From the IMG/VR virus record IMGVR_UViG_3300045454_000117, positions 812-64,811 of that record: 64,000 nucleotides of DNA, one strand, 5' to 3'. The notes beneath the pieces are model-generated. The model ran no database searches, was not told the origin of the DNA, and saw only the letters and a list, made by a program, of their open reading frames with translations. Both the position numbers and the translations under genes were made by a program. Below, piece by piece: positions 46,297 through 55,553 of this stretch (positions are counted from its first letter, which is position 1; each line of letters begins with the position of its first letter). The DNA is from a virus (Duplodnaviria; Caudoviricetes).

Positions 46297-48129
46297 ATGC
46301 AGTACGTTCAGTTCTACGCCGCCCGGGCCGACACCGGGGTTCTCCTTCCCTATGCCCGCGCAACGGTCTTCCTCACAGGCACCGCAACGCCGGCGGTTCT
46401 GTTCGACGCCGAGGGGCAGGCTATCGACAATCCGCTGACCGCCGATGCCGTGGGCTTGCTGGGATTTGCAGCCGTCGATGGCATCTATGATGTCGAAATC
46501 GAATCCGCGAACGGTGACTATTCGGCACCGCCGATCCGCAAGCTCCAGGTCGTGGACCTGTCTGGCGTCGTCGGAACGATTACGTCCGGTCGCAAGGGCG
46601 CACCGACTTGGGCGGCGACCGCAGCAATGTCGTTCACAGCGGGCGAGCTGGTCGAGGTTCCCGCAACCGACACCGGCACCCATGTCGACCCGATCTCCGG
46701 CCTGACGGTGCCGAACACGGGAGTCTTTCGTTACAAGACCGGCTCGCCGAGTGGGCTTGAGCGCATCTACGCGGTGGATCTCGGCGTGCGTGATGCAGCG
46801 CTGCGAGCACAGGCTTGGGCGGAAGGGATCGAGCCTGGCGGCCCGGGCTCGCGCTCGGCGAAAGGATGGGCGGAAGACGAGAATGTGGTCGCGGTCGCCG
46901 GCGCGATCGACCACATCGTCGCGCTCGCACCGGAAGTTACCGCGATCGGCGCCGTTGCTGACGAGCTTCCTGCAATCCTCGGCGTCTCAGCGGAAGCCGA
47001 CAGAGCGGAGGCCGCTTCCTTCGCATTGGTCGCCCGCCAGGAAGGCCTCGGCGGTGCCGATCGTCTGACCGACGTGATGCAGACCGCGGATCAACTCACG
47101 CTGCGCAGCGGCACGCGGCTAGACCTGGTTCGAAACCGGATCGTCGGCCCGGAGTATAGCAGCCATCTCTCGCATCGAATGCTTAAGGTCGCTGTCATGT
47201 GGGCACACAGCGGGGGCGAAGGTTCTGGTGCGACCTTTGGGCCGATCGAGACGAACTTGTCCATCAAGTCGCGCTTGGATCCGAGTGGGGCGGGCTACAA
47301 CTCCCTCCCGGGCAGAATCCAGCAATACCTCGGATCAGACTGGGAGGTGTATAACAAGAGCATTTCGATTCAGCAGGCCGAGGCCATTGGAGCCCGGGCA
47401 GGCGCGATCCCAGTCCGCATCACCGTCACCGGCAATGAAGTGCCCGCTGGTGGCCTAACCGCAACGTTGACGGGCATTCTGCCTTGGCCCGGGCCGCTCG
47501 AGGCCTGCGGCGGTCGCGGCGTATCCATCGCGGGAACAATCAACGGCGCGCCTGTGCGACTTACAATCAATGCGGCGGGCACCGTTTACTCGATCCAGCA
47601 GCCCAGCACTGCCGCCGCTGCCTTGCCTGTCCCCGCTGGAAGCGTCTTCGTGCCCGCCGGTACCGAGGCATTTCGACATGCCGTTAACATCTTCTGGCTC
47701 GACCGGAACGGGGGCAATGTTCCCTCATCGCGTTACGTGACGGGCCAGATGGCTGCGCGGGTGAAGGATGGCCGATACCTGGTGCTCGGCGACTGGAACG
47801 CTCGAAACGAGCCTAACGGCAGTGCGCGCCGAAACATGGCCTTGGCTATCAACGCCGACCTTGAACTGGCGCACCCAGGAAACTTCTTCAACATTCTCGA
47901 CTTTGCGTGTGGACGATACCCCTACAACGGAAATGTCGAGCCGAGTGCCGCCGATATGGGAGGCATCGTCCTCGACGCGACGAACCTTGGTGACATCACC
48001 AACGGGCTGTTCCCACGCATCTTCGGTGCTGCCGGAGAGGATTTGGTGCACTTCAATACGCTCTTCTTCGACGCTGCGGCGAAATACATCGTCCAGCACC
48101 GGTTCCCTCGCATGGGATGGGTCTACTGA
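46297..48129 (+). CDS. Tail spike/fibre with a possible SGNH-like C-terminal domain
   Basis: NPLTAD..G anchor; C-terminal ED.VH.N; lower-GC 3' part. Confidence 0.65.
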   Translation: MQYVQFYAARADTGVLLPYARATVFLTGTATPAVLFDAEGQAIDNPLTADAVGLLGFAAVDGIYDVEIESANGDYSAPPIRKLQVVDLSGVVGTITSGRKGAPTWAATAAMSFTAGELVEVPATDTGTHVDPISGLTVPNTGVFRYKTGSPSGLERIYAVDLGVRDAALRAQAWAEGIEPGGPGSRSAKGWAEDENVVAVAGAIDHIVALAPEVTAIGAVADELPAILGVSAEADRAEAASFALVARQEGLGGADRLTDVMQTADQLTLRSGTRLDLVRNRIVGPEYSSHLSHRMLKVAVMWAHSGGEGSGATFGPIETNLSIKSRLDPSGAGYNSLPGRIQQYLGSDWEVYNKSISIQQAEAIGARAGAIPVRITVTGNEVPAGGLTATLTGILPWPGPLEACGGRGVSIAGTINGAPVRLTINAAGTVYSIQQPSTAAAALPVPAGSVFVPAGTEAFRHAVNIFWLDRNGGNVPSSRYVTGQMAARVKDGRYLVLGDWNARNEPNGSARRNMALAINADLELAHPGNFFNILDFACGRYPYNGNVEPSAADMGGIVLDATNLGDITNGLFPRIFGAAGEDLVHFNTLFFDAAAKYIVQHRFPRMGWVY

Positions 48130-48130
48130 T

Positions 48131-49075
48131 ATGCTGATCGTACCTCCTAATGTCGGCGTTCCCGCGTTCGATTCGGACGGCTTCCTGCCCGGAACGCTAG
48201 CGTCCATTCAACCGAGCCATCTAACCAGCGGCTTCTCGGACGTTCCGGCGAACGGCGCATCTATCGAGAATGCAGCGTGGCGATCGTTCTGCAAAACGAC
48301 CGGCCGGCCTGCCTCGGCCAAGGCCGACGGCAACATCACCTTCGTCAGCTCCGGGGTTGGGACGAACAAGATGTCTGTGTCGCGGACCAGCAAAGGCGGG
48401 GTGGCCTTTCTCCCTTCGCAGGTAAACGGCGACCTCACCGCCGGAGCCTATTTCAAGCTTTCCGACGCGATCAAACAGCATGTTCTCGATACCACCACTC
48501 AGTTTGGTGCGGGAGGCGGGCACACCTTTGCTTGGGTGGTATGGATGATCCCGTTGCGTAACGCGGTGTCCGGTTGGACCCTCAACACTCCAATCGCAGC
48601 TGTCACTGCTCGTCAGCAAAATCCCTTTCTGCGCATGGCAGCGGAGGGCGACAATGTCGGAGCGAATGACCAGCAGTTGAGGGATTACAACTACCCTTCC
48701 GGCTTCTTTCCGATCGACACCCCAACGGTGCGGATCTGTGGAAGCAATGGCTGGGCGAACTCCGGAAAGCCCCCGAATATCGGCGCTTTCGAGATTTTTG
48801 TCGGCGCGGGGATGACGCCTGAGATTGTGAACGCTTCCGGCTACGTCAACAAATCTGGCGGATTTGCATTGTTTCGCGCTGATTTCGTCAATCTGACGCT
48901 GAGCGGTCTCGACAACACGTTCACCGGGATGCGCACCGAGTTTCTACCAGCCGTCACCGCATTGGACGTGGAGCAACTGCGCATCGCCGCCCGGCGGATC
49001 AAGGATCATGAGTTTGGTCCGAACGGTCGTTGGTTTAACGATGCTCGCACCGTTGCGCCGGGCGGGTTCCCCTGA
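48131..49075 (+). CDS. Tail-associated hypothetical protein
   Basis: Follows the spike; atypical codon usage. Confidence 0.55.
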   Translation: MLIVPPNVGVPAFDSDGFLPGTLASIQPSHLTSGFSDVPANGASIENAAWRSFCKTTGRPASAKADGNITFVSSGVGTNKMSVSRTSKGGVAFLPSQVNGDLTAGAYFKLSDAIKQHVLDTTTQFGAGGGHTFAWVVWMIPLRNAVSGWTLNTPIAAVTARQQNPFLRMAAEGDNVGANDQQLRDYNYPSGFFPIDTPTVRICGSNGWANSGKPPNIGAFEIFVGAGMTPEIVNASGYVNKSGGFALFRADFVNLTLSGLDNTFTGMRTEFLPAVTALDVEQLRIAARRIKDHEFGPNGRWFNDARTVAPGGFP

Positions 49076-49440
49076 TGGCCGATATGAACGGCCCCTCGGG
49101 GTGGGACATCGGCGGGATTGTAGGCGGCGCGGTCGCCGTTCTGGGCGCGATAGGCGCGGCTTTCTCGTTCATAATCAATCGTGCCGACCGGAAGGAAAAG
49201 GAATTGAACGCTCGGCTTGAGAACCGTGTGGCCGAGCTGGAAGCCAAGGACGACAAGCGAGAGCGGGAGGTGATCGCCCTCCGCCTCGCATTCGAGATCG
49301 TCGCCGGGGTGGTTCGCCGTACGGACCCCGCTAACCCCGAACTGGCTCGGGCCGAGCGCATCCTCGAAGCGGCGTTCCCGACGGACCTCAGCACCCCGAC
49401 CGACATGCTCGCAATGCTGACCAAGCTCAGCGGCACCTAA
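49075..49440 (+). CDS. TM plus coiled-coil protein (lysis region)
   Basis: N-terminal hydrophobic helix. Confidence 0.6.
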   Translation: MADMNGPSGWDIGGIVGGAVAVLGAIGAAFSFIINRADRKEKELNARLENRVAELEAKDDKREREVIALRLAFEIVAGVVRRTDPANPELARAERILEAAFPTDLSTPTDMLAMLTKLSGT

Positions 49441-49480
49441 GCGGGCACCGCGCCCACATCACCTTCAAAGGAAATGACCG

Positions 49481-49744
49481 ATGGAGAAACCTCAGACTTT
49501 CTGGGGCCGCGTCCGCGCGCGCCTCGTCGATGACTGGCATACCGCTTGGCGCTGGTGGTCGATCCGCCTCGCCGCGCTGTTCGGCCTGATCGCCACCTAT
49601 CTGCTCGCCGCCCCGGAGACGCTGGTCCAGGTCATCAACATCCTTCCGCCGGAGCTGCGCCGCTGGGTGCCGCCCGCGCTCGGCCCGCTGATCACCGGGC
49701 TGATCGTCGGGATCCGGCTTTATAAGCAGGGAGAGAAGAAGTGA
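49481..49744 (+). CDS. Holin-like protein
   Basis: Two TM segments, LVDDW..AWRWWSIR; precedes the endolysin. Confidence 0.7.
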   Translation: MEKPQTFWGRVRARLVDDWHTAWRWWSIRLAALFGLIATYLLAAPETLVQVINILPPELRRWVPPALGPLITGLIVGIRLYKQGEKK

Positions 49745-50385
49745 GCGGCAAGATGACCGGGTTCAACGCGAACCCTGCGCCGCCTGCGCCATCCCGGCCG
49801 GGCAAGAAAACCGGGCTGGCCGCGATTGTTGCCGCCATGCTCGCCGGGGTCATCGCCGTTGAGGGCGGCTATGTGAACCACCCCAGCGATCCAGGCGGCG
49901 AGACCAACATGGGCATCACCAAAAAGGTGGCGGTCCAGAACGGGTACCGGGGGCCGATGCGGACACTCCCGCGCGAGGTTGCCGAGAACATCTATTACCG
50001 GCGCTACCTGGTCGACCCCGGCTATGAGCCGCTGATCGCCTTGGATGCCGCAGTGACCGAGGAGCTGTTCGACACCACCGTCAACATGGGCCCGGCGCGA
50101 CCGTCGCGCTGGTTCCAGCAGGGCACCAACGCCCTGTGCGGCACCCGCCTTGTTGCCGACGGCAAGGTCGGCCCGTCGACGATCGCCGCCTACAAGAGCT
50201 GTCAGGACCGGCGTGGCGCCGCGCAGCTCTGCGTCGCCATGCTCGCCCACCTCGATGGTGCGCAGCGCGGCGAATACGACCGGCTCGTCCGGATCAACCC
50301 CAAGCTCCGCGCCTTCCACCGGGGCTGGATCGCGCACCGCATCGGCAACGTCGATCGAGCCAAATGCGGGAGGGCGGTCCGATGA
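49741..50385 (+). CDS. Endolysin, glycoside hydrolase family 108
   Basis: EGGYVNHPSDPGGETNMGIT, FD..VN.G, DG..GP.T, GW..R. Confidence 0.95.
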   Translation: MSGKMTGFNANPAPPAPSRPGKKTGLAAIVAAMLAGVIAVEGGYVNHPSDPGGETNMGITKKVAVQNGYRGPMRTLPREVAENIYYRRYLVDPGYEPLIALDAAVTEELFDTTVNMGPARPSRWFQQGTNALCGTRLVADGKVGPSTIAAYKSCQDRRGAAQLCVAMLAHLDGAQRGEYDRLVRINPKLRAFHRGWIAHRIGNVDRAKCGRAVR

Positions 50386-50801
50386 CCTTTCTGGTCAAGA
50401 ACTGGAAGCTGGTCGGCTGGGGCGTCTCCGTCGCGATCATGAGCGTCCAGCTCGTGATCGCCTGGGGTGACAGCGCCCACTGGGAGAAGCTCGCGGTCAA
50501 CCGCCAGCTCCTCATCGAGAAAGCCAAGCGCGAGGCCGCCGAGCAGCGCGCCAAGATCGCGGAACGCTATGCCACCGCCTTAGACGGGCACACCGAGCGG
50601 GTGACCGCGATGGAGCCCGTCATTGTCCACAGCCGAGATACCGTGAGGGAATATGCGCAAACCCCTGCTGGCCGCACTACTTGCCTTCCCGCTGAGCGCG
50701 TTCAGCTGCTCGAGAGAGACGACCGCGCCCTTGAAGCTGCCTCCCGCGCCGGAAGCGGCGAAAGTGCCGTGCCTGATCCCGCCGATCCCCCGGCAAAGTG
50801 A
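50382..50801 (+). CDS. Inner-membrane spanin (Rz-like)
   Basis: N-terminal TM plus coiled-coil after the endolysin. Confidence 0.75.
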   Translation: MTFLVKNWKLVGWGVSVAIMSVQLVIAWGDSAHWEKLAVNRQLLIEKAKREAAEQRAKIAERYATALDGHTERVTAMEPVIVHSRDTVREYAQTPAGRTTCLPAERVQLLERDDRALEAASRAGSGESAVPDPADPPAK

Positions 50802-50910
50802 CGGCTCTGCCACCTCCGCCGATATGGAACTCGCCGCACGGGAACGCGCTATCGCGATCGCGCAGTGCGAGACCCGGCGCCGGCTGCTGATCGACAGCTG
50901 GCCGAAGTAG
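50653..50910 (+). CDS. Outer-membrane lipoprotein spanin (Rz1-like), overlapped
   Basis: Signal MRKPLLAALLAFPLSAFSC, Pro-rich, later Cys residues. Confidence 0.75.
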   Translation: MRKPLLAALLAFPLSAFSCSRETTAPLKLPPAPEAAKVPCLIPPIPRQSDGSATSADMELAARERAIAIAQCETRRRLLIDSWPK

Positions 50911-50915
50911 CGGCG

Positions 50916-51104
50916 CTACTGCTTGGACGCTGGCGCGCGGAGCTGATCGAGCCGAGCGGCGATCGCGCGCCAGTTCTCCACCCCCTCGACGTCGCCAGCG
51001 AGCGCGAGCGCCCCGATGCGGGTCGCGACGAAGAGCGGTGCGTCATCACCGTGCTGGCGCTGCACCATCGCCGCAGCGCTCCAAAGCACCCAGTCTTCAA
51101 GCAT
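50916..51104 (-). CDS. Small helical protein (DUF6961-like)
   Basis: LW..A..V...HG..A......RI..LA..GD..GV..W..IA..L. Confidence 0.65.
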   Translation of the reverse strand: MLEDWVLWSAAAMVQRQHGDDAPLFVATRIGALALAGDVEGVENWRAIAARLDQLRAPASKQ

Positions 51105-51336
51105 CGGGGGCCGGGTCCGGCCAGCCGATCTCCGCCTCGCCCAGCCCGAGATAGCGCTCCAGCCGCTTCCGGTCCGTCGACTCGAGCCATTCCGGCCGAC
51201 CATCGCGAATCCAGGTATCGAGGTAGCGCGGCGGCTTGCCGATGAGCCGCGACAGCGCGGCCAAGCTTTCCCCGCGTTCCGCCGCCTGCTCGCGCAGTCT
51301 CGCGCGTGCCTGATCGGGAGTGGGCCAAGGCTTCAT
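51097..51336 (-). CDS. Small HTH protein
   Basis: SLAALSRLIGK..YL......G.P..L...DR..L..YLG. Confidence 0.65.
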   Translation of the reverse strand: MKPWPTPDQARARLREQAAERGESLAALSRLIGKPPRYLDTWIRDGRPEWLESTDRKRLERYLGLGEAEIGWPDPAPDA

Positions 51337-51374
51337 GCCCGCAATATGCCGTCACTGTCGCCGGAGTCGAGCCG

Positions 51375-51677
51375 CTACCGATTCCTCAGCCTTTTGACCA
51401 AGAAGCGCCAGCCCTCTTCGTTTTTCGGGAAGGGGTCGCTCGTTGGCAGGTTCGCGGTGATCCCCACTCTCATCCGCCCCCGGCCCTTCTTTCGGCATTC
51501 CGAGCAATAGAGATGCTCCGCGATCCGGCTCTTTCTCGTGCTCCAGCCGTGGCACATGAACCAGCGTGCGAGCCGCGCGGCATCGATCGCGCCGGCGTGG
51601 CCGCAAACACAATGCACGGCGAGCTGCCACTTGCCCGCCAAGTCGTGCAGGCATTCCCATTTAAAGTTCGCGCCCAT
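51375..51677 (-). CDS. Zn-finger protein, possibly SOS-regulated
   Basis: C.CGH...CSEC; GGAG RBS; LexA-like box upstream. Confidence 0.65.
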   Translation of the reverse strand: MGANFKWECLHDLAGKWQLAVHCVCGHAGAIDAARLARWFMCHGWSTRKSRIAEHLYCSECRKKGRGRMRVGITANLPTSDPFPKNEEGWRFLVKRLRNR

Positions 51678-51699
51678 GTTCTCCGCCGAATCGCGGATT

Positions 51700-51714
51700 G
51701 AACGAAAACGGAAC
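51700..51714 (-). promoter_or_regulatory. Alphaproteobacterial LexA box (GTTC-N7-GTTC)
   Basis: GAACGAAAACGGAAC on the + strand, about 22 nt upstream of the 51677 start. Confidence 0.6.
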
Positions 51715-52296
51715 GTGGCGAGCTGCGCAAGGGTGCCTGGTGTCGAACCGGTGGACAGATCGCTCCGACCGGGCGGATCAAAAGGGTCTGGCAGGGTGGA
51801 GCGGCCTGCCGCAGATCATCGCCGTTCGTCGCGCGGTGATCGATTGGCCGTTGCAGCACAACGCTTATTGTGAAAAAGTCATGTCAGCGTCGGTCGACCA
51901 CGGTTGCCGAAGGAGTGGTGGACTGCTCCTTCGTTCCTAGCGAACAGGAGGTCGACCGGCGCTGACAGCCAGACATTGCTTGGACAAGGCCTGGGCCACC
52001 AGTGCTTGGGCTTGTCCCCGTCTGATGACCTGTAGAGATTGTGCCAGATCGACCTCCTGAGCAATACCGTAAATGAGAGTTAAGGGACTCGGCTCGTCGC
52101 TGATATGACTCGGTTTATGGCAGGTCGGAACGCGTCAGCGGCGCGGGAATCCTAGCTTTTCTGCCGTTTTTCGCCTGTGCATGAGAACGACGCCCGAACG
52201 CGCGATTTTTTCCGTTGGGCCTTTCGTCCACAGGATAAACAGGCGATCGGCGCGGCTTGGACGCGATTTCGAACGTATACCGCTTAGCCATGCGCG

Positions 52297-52503
52297 CTAA
52301 ATCCGGTCCGTTCGCTGCATGTCGATCTCCCATGCGCCACTCTCGGTCGAGCGAGTCGACCAGCACCACCCCGCCCCGCAATGGGCGTGGGCCTGCATCT
52401 CAAGATGGTCGACAAAGGGCATGTCCCGGTCTTCTCGATAGCTGGCTTTTGCCGCCTCGATGACGATGTGCCGAAGCTCGGCCGCCGCGCGATCGTCAGA
52501 CAT
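52297..52503 (-). CDS. Small hypothetical protein, possibly truncated
   Basis: Overlaps the end of the methyltransferase gene. Confidence 0.3.
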   Translation of the reverse strand: MSDDRAAAELRHIVIEAAKASYREDRDMPFVDHLEMQAHAHCGAGWCWSTRSTESGAWEIDMQRTDRI

Positions 52504-53161
52504 CGCCCCCGGCCCATTCGCGGACACGCTTCTTCGCGGCGGCGTAGCGCCCCCGCACGGCGGCGAAGCTTCCCTCCCGATACAGCTTGCGGCTGATCGT
52601 CGGCCCGGTCCTATCGCTGTTCCAAACCACGCACGCGAAGTCGATCGTCCCACCCGAGAACGCGGCATCGCCCAGGTCCTCGATCTTGCTGCCCGGCGGC
52701 ATGCTCGGCCGATCGGAGAACACGGCCTCGAACGCCGGCGGGAACTCATCGTAGAGGTGCGCGCGGGTCAGCCCTGCCAAGAAGCGCAGCTGCACGATCA
52801 GCGCGACAGGGCCAAGATCGAGCTGCAGCGCGCGGATCGCCCATTCCAAGGCAACGTTGAAGGGCGGGTTGCTGGCGATGATGAGCCGCCCAGGCCCAGG
52901 CCGCCGAGGCGCGTCGCGGAAGAAGTCGAGCGTCCCTACCGCCCCTCCCCTCTGCACCAAGTCGGTCCCATAGGCATGGTGCCCAGCCCGCTGCGCCGCG
53001 CGCACGATCGCGCCGCGACCGGCGGCCGGATCCCAGACCGGCAAGCTCTCCTGGAGCATCCCGCTCCGAAAGAGCAGGTCCGCCGCCCAGTCGGGCTCGC
53101 AATACCATTCGTCCTCGGCACGATCATAGGCGACCCGGCGGTTGTTGTTCGGTGCGTTCAT
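52496..53161 (-). CDS. Small amino (N6-adenine-type) DNA methyltransferase
   Basis: WY.EP.W, VWDPAAGRG, GTDL, ASNPPF. Confidence 0.8.
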   Translation of the reverse strand: MNAPNNNRRVAYDRAEDEWYCEPDWAADLLFRSGMLQESLPVWDPAAGRGAIVRAAQRAGHHAYGTDLVQRGGAVGTLDFFRDAPRRPGPGRLIIASNPPFNVALEWAIRALQLDLGPVALIVQLRFLAGLTRAHLYDEFPPAFEAVFSDRPSMPPGSKIEDLGDAAFSGGTIDFACVVWNSDRTGPTISRKLYREGSFAAVRGRYAAAKKRVREWAGGDV

Positions 53162-53334
53162 CTGAATGTGAATCCTTCGATATCGGCGGCGGTGACGCCG
53201 CTCCGGGCGCTGTGCCGGCTTAGCCAGGCGTGCATGGTGGCTTTGCAGTCCCGGCACTTCGGCACCGGCTCCAGCGCCTCGGAGTCGGTCTGGAACCCGC
53301 AGAGGCAGGCCCAGGCGTAGATGCGCTGCTTCAT
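53158..53334 (-). CDS. Zn-ribbon miniprotein (58 aa, not in track)
   Basis: WACLCG...PKCRDC; ATGA overlaps at both ends. Confidence 0.55.
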   Translation of the reverse strand: MKQRIYAWACLCGFQTDSEALEPVPKCRDCKATMHAWLSRHSARSGVTAADIEGFTFR

Positions 53335-54098
53335 GCCGCGGGCGCGTCGCCCTTTGGCAGTGCGATCGGCACGACTTGCCCGCTCGCCAGATTGATGAAG
53401 CCGCCTGCGCTCCCGATCGATCCTCGCCCGAGCAGCTCGTAGAGCAGGGCAAGCGCGTGGCTGGAAACGACGCGGTTCACGAAGAGGGATTGCCGCTCCA
53501 GCGCCTCCGCCACCGAACAGGACGGCGCGTCATCCTCAGCGATGGTCTCGTCTGCGAGCTCGGGAAATGCTTCCAGCACCGTGGGCAGGCGAATTGCGTC
53601 CCGCGCGATCTGCTTCGGCGTCCCGATGATAAACTGTCCATCGGTCGCGCGATTGCCGAGGTCCAGCCAGTAGGAGGGAGGCCGGTTGCTCTCGGCGATC
53701 GCCGCCCCGAGCGCGCGCCGCGCCGCCGCAGTGTCGACGCAGGTTATCACGATGTCTGCTCCATCGACGCCAGCCGCGTCCGGCGCCCGCCCGTGCACGG
53801 CCTTCCAGTCGAGACCATGCGCGATGTTGATGCGTTCCACCAGCGTGCGCGCCTTGGAGTTGCCGACATCGCAGCGATAGAAGGGCTGGCGACCAAGATT
53901 GGCGACCGTGACGATATCGTCGTCGACCACCGTGACCCTGAGCGATCGTGAAGAGATTTCGCGCAGCGCCGCATCGAGGCTGGCGAGGCCCATCAGCATC
54001 TGCGCGCCGTTCCCGCCGCACCCGACCAGCAACACCTTGATCGGCCGGTTCTCGAAGATCGGGGGCAGGTAGTGGCGCGGTCGCGCGTCATGCGTCAT
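53331..54098 (-). CDS. PRTRC system ThiF (E1-like) protein
   Basis: LVGCGGNG, DDD.V..ANLGRQ, TCVD, WLDLGN, PSCS.AEAL. Confidence 0.93.
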   Translation of the reverse strand: MTHDARPRHYLPPIFENRPIKVLLVGCGGNGAQMLMGLASLDAALREISSRSLRVTVVDDDIVTVANLGRQPFYRCDVGNSKARTLVERINIAHGLDWKAVHGRAPDAAGVDGADIVITCVDTAAARRALGAAIAESNRPPSYWLDLGNRATDGQFIIGTPKQIARDAIRLPTVLEAFPELADETIAEDDAPSCSVAEALERQSLFVNRVVSSHALALLYELLGRGSIGSAGGFINLASGQVVPIALPKGDAPAA

Positions 54099-54747
54099 GA
54101 TCTTCTCCAGCAAAAGGGCTGCGGGGCATCGGAAGGAACATCCCCCCGGCACAGAGGCGGGAGGCGATCTCGGCGCCCTCGGGATCATCGAGTCGCCCGA
54201 CGACCAGCGCGATCTTCGTGGAATGCGCGTCGTCAACATCGTCGGTGGAGCTGAAGAATGCGCGCCCTCGACCGTGGCTATGGATGTCGCAGACGACGTA
54301 CCAGCCCGGGCCGACCGCTGGGGGGCGATAGACCAACCGTGATGGCGTGGCCTCGACCGTGTCAGGGAAGTGGACGTCGAATTCTCCAGACACCGCATTC
54401 CAAAGGACGAATGCCGCCGCCTCATTCGGTAGCGCCGTTATGAAGTGGGCGAGGATGCGATCGAGCAGGTCGCCGGGAATTAAACCGCACCGAAGCATCG
54501 CCCTGGGTCGCCCGACGCTGCCATACGGGACATAGCCCGGCAGGGGCGGAGCCATCAGCGCATCGACCTCGAGCCACGGTCGCCGGACGACCAGCATGAC
54601 ACCGTCGCGCCCGACAATTACCCCCTCGCCCGCCGGCGCGCTGCGCAATTCCTCAATGGCCGGCGACCGACCGACTTGTGGAATCGGATAGCAGGGCACC
54701 GCGGTCAGGATCGCTGCGGCGGTTGGATCATCGGCGAGAATTTTCAT
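54088..54747 (-). CDS. PRTRC system protein A (JAB/MPN peptidase)
   Basis: PNEAAA and DIHSHG...AFFS.TD. Confidence 0.9.
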   Translation of the reverse strand: MKILADDPTAAAILTAVPCYPIPQVGRSPAIEELRSAPAGEGVIVGRDGVMLVVRRPWLEVDALMAPPLPGYVPYGSVGRPRAMLRCGLIPGDLLDRILAHFITALPNEAAAFVLWNAVSGEFDVHFPDTVEATPSRLVYRPPAVGPGWYVVCDIHSHGRGRAFFSSTDDVDDAHSTKIALVVGRLDDPEGAEIASRLCAGGMFLPMPRSPFAGEDHDA

Positions 54748-55553
54748 GCTCGGGAACTCCTTGCGATCAGGTCGCGCAGCGTCAGTGGCTCAGCCTTCTT
54801 GTCAGCTGGCCGCTGGCGATCGTTGGATGGAATGAATGGCCTCAGCCGGGACACCGGAAAGCGGCGGGCGCCGCGCGCTGCGAGATCGTCCCACAGCCTG
54901 ACCAACCCGCCCTTCCCCTTGATGGTCCGCTCCTGACCGGGGTTTGGATGCGTCGACCAGGAGTCGAACACCGCATCCTCGAACTCCTGCATGGACCCGA
55001 CGTCGAGCGTCTTCGGGCGCGCGATGTTTCCCCAACAGAGCTGCCCCGTGACAAAGACGTTCAGCACCGGAGAGCACAGGATCGGGGTGTCGGCCCTCGG
55101 CCGTTCACTCGCGGGCAGCGCATAGACGCCGAGCCCAGATCGCGTGGCGACGAAGAGATGCGCGGGGTATGGGACGGGAACCGCCGTGCGCTCGGTGAGA
55201 CGCTTCAAATCCTTCGGGGGATTCGACAGTGCGAAGTAGGCCGTGCGGACCTGCGCCGGAATCCACCACACCAGCATGTCGGGGTGCGCGACCAGCACAT
55301 TGTCCGGGAGGATTTCCGGCACCGCGTTGCGTTCCAGCGCCTCTGCCCATTTTTGCAGGTGCGCGCGCGTCAGCGGGGCTCCCGCTGCAATTACGGGTCC
55401 ACCATCCACCTCCGCGACGCCGTGGATGCTCGCGAACGCCGTCGCCCCGGCGCGCGGTGCGGCCCCTGACGTGGCACCGCTCGTGTAGAGCAGAATGGCA
55501 CCACTGAGCACCAGCCCGCCGGGTGTCGCTTCGAATTCGCACGAGTGTTTCAT
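54744..55553 (-). CDS. PRTRC system protein B (E2-like)
   Basis: VWW.P, P.P...F, NV...G.LCWG, THPN. Confidence 0.88.
   Translation of the reverse strand: MKHSCEFEATPGGLVLSGAILLYTSGATSGAAPRAGATAFASIHGVAEVDGGPVIAAGAPLTRAHLQKWAEALERNAVPEILPDNVLVAHPDMLVWWIPAQVRTAYFALSNPPKDLKRLTERTAVPVPYPAHLFVATRSGLGVYALPASERPRADTPILCSPVLNVFVTGQLCWGNIARPKTLDVGSMQEFEDAVFDSWSTHPNPGQERTIKGKGGLVRLWDDLAARGARRFPVSRLRPFIPSNDRQRPADKKAEPLTLRDLIARSSRA

Larger units (their letters stand above)
1..51760. mobile_element. Temperate prophage (lambdoid gene order, siphovirus/GTA-like tail); left att lies outside the window, right end approximate
   Basis: Continuous integrase-xis, early, immunity, replication, packaging, head, tail and lysis modules. 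Confidence 0.95.

Noticed and set aside
46297-49075. Possible diversity-generating retroelement or invertible tail-fibre system
   Set aside because: No reverse transcriptase, invertase or template/variable repeat pair seen
51855-51890. AT-rich patch as a possible dif site or tRNA-derived att core
   Set aside because: No XerC/XerD consensus or tRNA fold; the partner att is outside the window
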